From: Gemmatimonadota bacterium
Lineage (GTDB): Bacteria > Gemmatimonadota > Gemmatimonadetes > Gemmatimonadales > Gemmatimonadaceae
Length of the DNA stretch: 44,660 nt
NCBI GenBank assembly: GCA_031372565.1
Contig: JANMLN010000042.1
Coordinates: 1-44,660, forward strand
Reading direction: 5' to 3'
Shown: piece by piece, positions 38,705 through 44,660 of the stretch
Layout: every line of letters begins with the position of its first letter
Numbering within the stretch: position 1 is the first letter of the stretch
Position numbers and translations under genes: made by a program
The notes under the pieces: model-generated
Told to the model about the DNA's origin: nothing
The model's database searches: none
Seen by the model: the letters and a program-made list of their open reading frames with translations, nothing else

Positions 38705-40918
38705 ATGATGCAGAGAACCGAAAAGACCTTCGCGGGTCGCAAGCTTGTGCTCGAAACCGGCCGCATGGCCAAGCAGGCCGCGGGTTCGTGCCTGATCCAG
38801 TTCGGCGAGACCATGGTCCTCGCCGCCGTCACCGTGAGCGACAAGGAGAGCCCGCTCCCCTTCTTCCCGCTCACGGTCGAGTACAAGGAGAAGACCTACG
38901 CCGCCGGCAAGATCCCGGGCGGCTTCATCAAGCGCGAAGGGCGCCCGCACGATAACGAGATCCTCGCGTGCCGCATCATCGACCGCTCGATCCGCCCGCT
39001 CTTCCCGGAAGGGTTCAAGAATGAAGTGCAGGTCTTCCTGTACGTCATCTCCGCCGACCAGGAAAATGCCGCCGACGTCCTCGGCTTGGTCGCCACCTCG
39101 ATGGCGCTCAACCAGTCGCGCACCCCGTTCGCGGCGCCGATCGCCGGTGTCCGCGTCGGCCGCATCCAGGGCAAGTGGGTCCTCAACCCGACCTTCCAGC
39201 AGCTCGAGTACTCCGACATGGAGCTCGTCGTCGCTGGATCGGCCGAATCGATCGTGATGGTCGAAGGCGGCGCGCTGGAAGTCAGCGAGGCCGATGTCGT
39301 CGAGGCGCTCCAGATCGCCCACAAGGGCATCAAGGAGCTCATCGCCATCCAGCAGGAGATGCTCGATGAGCACCGCAACGACAAGATGGCGTGGACCAAG
39401 CATGAGCCCGCCAAGGACGTCGTCAAGAAGGTGAAGGCCGCCGCCGAGCCCAGGATCTCGGCCGCCATCAACCTCAAGGACAAGCACGCGCGCATTCACG
39501 CCGTCGAGACGGCCAAGGCCGAGCTCGCCGCCGCCCTCGCCGTCGAGATGCCGGACAACGTCAAGGACATTGGCGCCATCCTCGGCGACGTGGAGTACAA
39601 CGTGCTCCGCGCCCAGGTCCTCGACACGGGCAAGCGCGTCGATGGCCGGACCCCGACGGAGGTCCGCGCGATCTCCATCGACAACGGTCTCCTCCCGCGC
39701 GCCCACGGCTCGTCGCTGTTCACCCGCGGCCAGACCCAGGCGCTCGTCAGCACCACGCTCGGCACCGCCAACGATGCGCAGCGCCTCGACTCGATCGATG
39801 AGCCGGGCGAGACGACCAAGTCGTTCATGCTCCACTACAACTTCCCGCCGTTCTCCACCGGTGAAGTCCGCCCGATGCGCGGCACCAGCCGCCGCGAAAT
39901 CGGCCACGGCAATCTGGCCGAGCGCGCGTTGGCAGGCGTCCTGCCGCCGTTCGAGGAGTTCCCGTACACGATCCGCATCGTCTCCGAGATCCTCGAGTCG
40001 AACGGCTCGTCCTCGATGGCGTCGGTCTGCGGTGGCTCGCTCTCGATGTTCGATGCCGGCGTGCCGCTCAAGGCCGCCGTCGCGGGCGTCGCGATGGGGC
40101 TCATCAAGGTAGGGAAGAAGTACGCGATCCTCACCGACATCCTCGGCACCGAGGATCATCTCGGCGACATGGACTTCAAGGTCGCCGGGTCGGAGAACGG
40201 GATCACGTCGATCCAGATGGACATCAAGATCGAAGGGCTCCCCCTCGACATCATGAAGGAAGCGCTGGCCCAGGCCAAGGAAGGCCGCCTGCACATCCTC
40301 AACGAGATGAAGAAGTCGCTCGCCGCACCGCGCACGGAGATGTCGCCGTGGGCCCCGCGCATCGTCACCGTGCAGATCAGCCCCGAGAAGATCGGCGACC
40401 TGATCGGTCCGAAGGGCAAGACGATCCGTGGCATCCAGGAAGAGACCGGCGCCGAGCTCACCGTGGATGACACGGGCTTGGTGACCATCGCCGCCGTCGG
40501 CGGCGAGTCGATGGAGCGTGCGCGCCAGATGGTCGCACAGCTCACGGCCGAGCCGGTGGTCGGCGAGACGTACGAAGGGCCGGTCAAGAGCACCACGGCC
40601 TTTGGCGCCTTCATCGAGATCATGCCCGGCACGGAAGGGCTCGTGCACATCTCCGAGCTCCAGTGGGGCCGCACCGACAAGACGGAAGACGTGGTCAAGA
40701 AGGGTGACCGCGTGAAGGTCAAGCTCATCGATCGTGACGAGCGCGGCCGTCTCCGGCTGTCCATGAAGGCGCTCCTGCCGAAGCCCGAGGGCTACGTCGA
40801 GGAGCCGCCGCGTGAGCGCACGCCGCGCCCCGAGGGTGAGGGCGAGGCCGCCGGTTCGGGCGGTGGTGAGCGTCGCGGTGGTGGCGATCGCGGGCGCGGG
40901 GGCCGCGGCCGCCGCTAG
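38705..40918 (+). CDS. pnp: Polyribonucleotide nucleotidyltransferase (PNPase)
   Basis: FFPLTVEY, AAGKIPGGFIKREGRP, RREIGHG, SNGSSSMASVC, EDHLGDMDFKVAG, KH and S1 domains. Confidence 0.98.
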   Translation: MMQRTEKTFAGRKLVLETGRMAKQAAGSCLIQFGETMVLAAVTVSDKESPLPFFPLTVEYKEKTYAAGKIPGGFIKREGRPHDNEILACRIIDRSIRPLFPEGFKNEVQVFLYVISADQENAADVLGLVATSMALNQSRTPFAAPIAGVRVGRIQGKWVLNPTFQQLEYSDMELVVAGSAESIVMVEGGALEVSEADVVEALQIAHKGIKELIAIQQEMLDEHRNDKMAWTKHEPAKDVVKKVKAAAEPRISAAINLKDKHARIHAVETAKAELAAALAVEMPDNVKDIGAILGDVEYNVLRAQVLDTGKRVDGRTPTEVRAISIDNGLLPRAHGSSLFTRGQTQALVSTTLGTANDAQRLDSIDEPGETTKSFMLHYNFPPFSTGEVRPMRGTSRREIGHGNLAERALAGVLPPFEEFPYTIRIVSEILESNGSSSMASVCGGSLSMFDAGVPLKAAVAGVAMGLIKVGKKYAILTDILGTEDHLGDMDFKVAGSENGITSIQMDIKIEGLPLDIMKEALAQAKEGRLHILNEMKKSLAAPRTEMSPWAPRIVTVQISPEKIGDLIGPKGKTIRGIQEETGAELTVDDTGLVTIAAVGGESMERARQMVAQLTAEPVVGETYEGPVKSTTAFGAFIEIMPGTEGLVHISELQWGRTDKTEDVVKKGDRVKVKLIDRDERGRLRLSMKALLPKPEGYVEEPPRERTPRPEGEGEAAGSGGGERRGGGDRGRGGRGRR

Positions 40919-42183
40919 TGGGCGTGCTTGCGTCTGGCCCGGCAACGGGCCTTCGCCGCACCGTGTGTGACAACGGACTGACCGTACTCTCGGAGTTTCT
41001 TCCGGGCGTGCGGTCGGTTGCGTTGGGGGCGTGGGTGCGCTCGGCCAGCATCCACGAGTCGCGCGACGAGATGGGCGTGTCGCACTTTCTCGAGCACCTC
41101 GTGTTCAAGGGGACCCGCACGATGGGACCTCAGGAGATCGCGCTCTCCATCGAGCAACTCGGCGGCTCGCTCGACGCGTACACCTCGCGGGACCACACGG
41201 CCTTCCAGGCCCGCGTCCTTGACGAGGATCTGGACGAAGCGGCCCGCGTCATCGCCGAGCTGATCTTTCACCCGATGCTCCGGGAGAGCGACCTCAAGCT
41301 CGAACGGAAGGTGATTCTCGAGGAGATCGCGTCGGTCGAGGACCAGCCGGATGATCTCGTGTTCGAGCTGCACAACGAGGCGATCTTCGGCCAGACCGCG
41401 TACGGCAACACGATCCTCGGCACGCGTGACACGATCAAGGGCATGGGGATCGGCGCGGTGCGCGCGCTGCATGAACGCGCGTACCAGCCGCCCTTGCTCG
41501 TCGTGGCCGCAGCCGGCAATGTCGAGCATGAACGGCTGCTCGAAGCGCTCGAGAAGGCGGGCTGGCTCTCGCAGCCCAGCGGTGGAGCGGTCGCGCCCGT
41601 CACACCGCCAGCGCCTCCCGAGGCTGCGCCCGTCACCATCGTCCGCGAACGCGACGGATCGCAGGTCCACCTCGTGATGGGCTCGCGCGCGATCACGAAC
41701 AATGATCCGCGACGGCAGGCCTTCGGTCTGGTCTCGATGATGCTCGGCGACGGCATGAGTTCGCGACTGTTCCAGCGCGTGCGCGAGGACCTGGGACTCG
41801 CCTACTCGGTGCACACCTTCACCGAGATGTACCTCGGCGCCGGTGTCCATGGCGTGTACCTTGGGTCAGGCCCCGAGACCTGCGCAGACGCCGAACGGGT
41901 GGTGCGCGAGGAGTTGCAGCGCCTGTCGGTCGACGGGCTCTCGGACGCCGACCTCGCGCTCGCGAAGCGGCAACTCAAGGGGCAGGTGACGCTCTCGATG
42001 GAGGGGGTGTCCAGCCGCATGTACCGGGCGGCCGCGTCGGAACTGTACGGGAAGCCCTGGCGTGATCTCGATGGCGTGCTGCAGGACATCGAGGCCGTGA
42101 CAGTGGCGGAGACGAAGCAGGTGTGCGAGGATTTCTTTGGCCCGGATCGGCAGACAACCGTCCGACTGGGCCCCCTGGCGTAA
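40918..42183 (+). CDS. M16 (pitrilysin) family zinc peptidase
   Basis: Inverted zinc motif HFLEH, AYTSRDHT, ERKVILEE, GMSSRLFQRVREDLGLAYSV. Typical position after pnp. Confidence 0.93.
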   Translation: MGVLASGPATGLRRTVCDNGLTVLSEFLPGVRSVALGAWVRSASIHESRDEMGVSHFLEHLVFKGTRTMGPQEIALSIEQLGGSLDAYTSRDHTAFQARVLDEDLDEAARVIAELIFHPMLRESDLKLERKVILEEIASVEDQPDDLVFELHNEAIFGQTAYGNTILGTRDTIKGMGIGAVRALHERAYQPPLLVVAAAGNVEHERLLEALEKAGWLSQPSGGAVAPVTPPAPPEAAPVTIVRERDGSQVHLVMGSRAITNNDPRRQAFGLVSMMLGDGMSSRLFQRVREDLGLAYSVHTFTEMYLGAGVHGVYLGSGPETCADAERVVREELQRLSVDGLSDADLALAKRQLKGQVTLSMEGVSSRMYRAAASELYGKPWRDLDGVLQDIEAVTVAETKQVCEDFFGPDRQTTVRLGPLA

Positions 42184-42240
42184 CGCGCGCCGGTTGCTCG
42201 GGTGAGCACCGGCTGACCTCTGAGCATGAGTGAGCTGACG

Positions 42241-43356
42241 ATGCTGATCGGCGTCCCGAAGGAAATCAAGACGAACGAGAATCGCGTGGCGCTGGTCCCG
42301 GCTGGGGCCGAGGCGCTCATCGCGGCGGGCCACGAGGTGTTGATCGAGACGACCGCCGGCGAGGGGAGCGGCTTCAGCGACGCCCAGTACACGGAGATCG
42401 GCGCCAAGATCGCGCCCGATGCCGCTGCCGTGTGGAAGGCGGCCGAGATGATCATGAAGGTGAAGGAGCCGATCGAGCCCGAGTGGCCGCACATGCGCCG
42501 CGGGCAGGTCCTGTTCACCTACTTCCACTTTGCGGCCGACGAGAAGCTGACGCGCGCCCATCTGGCGAGCGGCGCCACGTGCATCGCCTACGAGACGGTG
42601 GAACTGCCGAGTCGCGAACTGCCGCTGCTCACGCCGATGAGTGAAGTGGCCGGCCGCATGGCGGTGCAGGAGGGGGCCAAGTACCTCGAGAAGCTGTTCG
42701 GTGGGCGCGGCGTGCTGCTGGGCGGCGTGCCCGGCGTGGCGCCGGCCAAGGTCGTGATCCTGGGCGGCGGCATCGTCGGCATCAACGCCGCGAAGATGGC
42801 GGCCGGGCTCGGAGCGAAGGTGACGGTGCTCGACACGAACCTCGAGCGGCTCCGCTACCTCAGCGACGTGATGCCCGCGAACGTGACGCTCATCTTCTCG
42901 AACCACCAGAACATTCTCGAGCAGATCAGCACGGCCGATCTCGTGATCGGTGGCGTCCTGATTCCGGGGGCCAAGGCGCCCAAGCTGATCCGCCGCGAGG
43001 ACCTGAAAGTCATGCGCCCCGGCTCGGTGATCGTGGACGTCGCGGTCGACCAGGGTGGCTGTGTGGAGACAATCAAGCCGACCACGCACGAGAATCCCAC
43101 GTACGTCGTCGACGGCGTGATCCACTACGCCGTGGCGAACATGCCGGGCGGCGTCCCGCGCACGAGCACGCTCGCGCTCACCAACGCGACGCTGCGCTAC
43201 GCGCTCGAACTCGCCAACAAGGGGTGGAAGAAGGCGCTCACCGAGAACGCCGCGCTCAAGAAGGGGCTCAACATGACCGACGGGCACGTCACCTACCCGG
43301 CGGTGGCGGAGTCGTTCGGGATGCCGCTCAAGGATCCGAACCAGTTTCTGGCCTAG
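42241..43356 (+). CDS. ald: Alanine dehydrogenase
   Basis: IGVPKEIKTNENRVA, KVKEP, PLLTPMSEVAGR, GGGIVG, DQGGC, VANMPG. Alternative start ATG 42226. Confidence 0.97.
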   Translation: MLIGVPKEIKTNENRVALVPAGAEALIAAGHEVLIETTAGEGSGFSDAQYTEIGAKIAPDAAAVWKAAEMIMKVKEPIEPEWPHMRRGQVLFTYFHFAADEKLTRAHLASGATCIAYETVELPSRELPLLTPMSEVAGRMAVQEGAKYLEKLFGGRGVLLGGVPGVAPAKVVILGGGIVGINAAKMAAGLGAKVTVLDTNLERLRYLSDVMPANVTLIFSNHQNILEQISTADLVIGGVLIPGAKAPKLIRREDLKVMRPGSVIVDVAVDQGGCVETIKPTTHENPTYVVDGVIHYAVANMPGGVPRTSTLALTNATLRYALELANKGWKKALTENAALKKGLNMTDGHVTYPAVAESFGMPLKDPNQFLA

Positions 43357-43397
43357 GCGTTGGACGACGCCCCGGGCGAGCCCTAGTTTAGGCGTTC

Positions 43398-44660
43398 ATG
43401 GACGACGCGCTCGCTCGGAGGCTGCAGGACTCGATCGGCACGGCCTTCACCCTTGAGCGTGAGCTGGGTGGTGGCGGCATGGCACGAGTCTTCGTGGCGC
43501 GCCAGGGCGACCTCGAGCGGCAGGTCGTGGTCAAGGTGCTCGACCTCGAGGTCTCGGCCGACGCCGGTGCCGAGCGGTTCCGGCGCGAAATCAAGTTGAT
43601 CGCGGCGCTGCAGCATCCGCACATCGTGCCGGTGCTGACGGCGGGGAGCAGTGGCTCGCTCCTCTGGTATGCGATGCCGTTCGTGAGCGGCGAATCCCTG
43701 CGCGCGCGTCTGGTCCGCGAAGGCGCGCTGCCTCTCGGCGATGCGCTGCGGATCGCGCGCGAGATGCTCGATGCGCTCAGTTATGCGCACGAGAAGGGGA
43801 TCGTGCACCGCGACATCAAGCCGGAGAACATCCTGCTCGAGGGAAAACACGCGGTGGTCGCAGACTTCGGCGTCGCCAAGGCGCTGCGCGAGGCGGGCAT
43901 CTCGGGCGGCCTCACCACGGCCGGCATGGCGCTCGGCACACCGGCCTACATGGCGCCCGAGCAGGCGATGGCCGACCCCACCACGAACCATCGCGCCGAC
44001 CTGTACGCGACCGGTGCGGTGCTCTACGAGATGCTCGTGGGGGCACCGCCGTACAGCGGGAACGCGCAGGCGGTGATCGCCGCGCACCTGACGGCACCCG
44101 TGCCCAGAGTGGAGGAACGGCGCGGCGATGTGCCGGCGAGCGTGGCCGCCCTGATCGCACGCCTCATGACCAAGAATGCCGCCGAGCGGCCGCAGTCCGC
44201 GCACGAGGCGCTGGCGGTGCTTGAAGCGGTGACGACCCCGAGCAGCAACGCGACCGGCGCTCAGGCGCTGTCGGGCGTCGGTTCGCCGGTGCAGGGTGCC
44301 GCGGTGACGTCATCTGGTGGCGATGCAGCGCGCGTGGCCGCGCCACTCGCGGCAGACGCGTCGGCTGCCGGAACGGGGGCAGCGCGCGCGGCCGACGCCA
44401 CGCCCAGCGCCGCGTCGGGGGGTCCCGCGCCGCCAAGCCGCAGCCGCACCGGTCGCATGGCTGCAGCGGCCATCCTGGTCGCCGCGCTGGCCGCTGGCGG
44501 CACGTGGTGGGCCAAGCGCACCCCCGCCTCGGATGTCGTGGCCGGAGCCGATGTCATTGCCGTGATGCCGCTCAGTTCCACGGGCGATTCGGCCATGATG
44601 CGCCTCGGGCGCGACCTCGTCGTCACACTCAGCACCAACCTGGACGGCGTGGGCGCACTG
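43398..44660 (+). CDS. Hanks-type Ser/Thr protein kinase with linker and TM helix (3' end outside the window)
   Basis: Absent from the ORF track because it has no stop in the window. Read directly from ATG 43398: ELGGGGMARVF, VVVKVL, LQHPHIV, HRDIKPEN, ADFGVA, GTPAYMAPEQ, then an Ala-rich linker and AAAILVAALAAGGTWW. Confidence 0.93.
   Translation, partial: MDDALARRLQDSIGTAFTLERELGGGGMARVFVARQGDLERQVVVKVLDLEVSADAGAERFRREIKLIAALQHPHIVPVLTAGSSGSLLWYAMPFVSGESLRARLVREGALPLGDALRIAREMLDALSYAHEKGIVHRDIKPENILLEGKHAVVADFGVAKALREAGISGGLTTAGMALGTPAYMAPEQAMADPTTNHRADLYATGAVLYEMLVGAPPYSGNAQAVIAAHLTAPVPRVEERRGDVPASVAALIARLMTKNAAERPQSAHEALAVLEAVTTPSSNATGAQALSGVGSPVQGAAVTSSGGDAARVAAPLAADASAAGTGAARAADATPSAASGGPAPPSRSRTGRMAAAAILVAALAAGGTWWAKRTPASDVVAGADVIAVMPLSSTGDSAMMRLGRDLVVTLSTNLDGVGAL

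Noticed and set aside
38687..40945. 752-aa antisense ORF over pnp, and similar long antisense ORFs at 5461-7452, 9761-11803, 13609-15180, 21594-23237 and 41866-43287
   Set aside because: Expected stop-poor shadows of high-GC codon usage, with no domain motifs.
38369..42183. rpsO-pnp-M16 peptidase linkage as a novel system
   Set aside because: This gene order is well known in Bacillota and Actinomycetota.
43383..44204. 273-aa minus-strand ORF
   Set aside because: Antisense to the plus-strand Ser/Thr kinase, which has all catalytic motifs.

Overview
GC-rich, densely coding bacterial chromosome segment, most likely Gemmatimonadota. This is inferred from the FCB-type rplM-rpsI-rpsB-tsf gene order, the style of the Hanks kinase and the many secreted peptidases. 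The housekeeping core consists of the 3' end of rpsA; an acyl-CoA carboxylase cluster (carboxyltransferase, biotin carboxylase, RlmD-like methyltransferase, biotin carrier); rplM-rpsI-rpsB-tsf-pyrH-frr-cdsA-dxr-rseP; and rpsO-pnp-M16 peptidase-ald. Interspersed accessory genes encode exported hydrolases, hldD, a PQQ dehydrogenase with its cytochrome c, a hybrid histidine kinase, an FHA protein and a Ser/Thr kinase cut off by the window edge. I saw no CRISPR array, tRNA/rRNA, transposase, integrase, prophage or defence island. The strongest candidates for under-described biology are: (1) a single protein fusing an ECF sigma region-2-like domain, with no region 4, to a TM-FecR anti-sigma module; (2) a lipid-anchored, lanthanide-type XoxF-like dehydrogenase with an altered substrate funnel; (3) an FHA-TM-coiled-coil-catalytically dead trypsin protein; (4) a secreted NTF2-Rid fusion; (5) two different palindromic intergenic elements; and (6) a repeated -10-like hexamer just before start codons that suggests leaderless mRNAs. 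All calls come from motif recognition by eye, and no searches were run.
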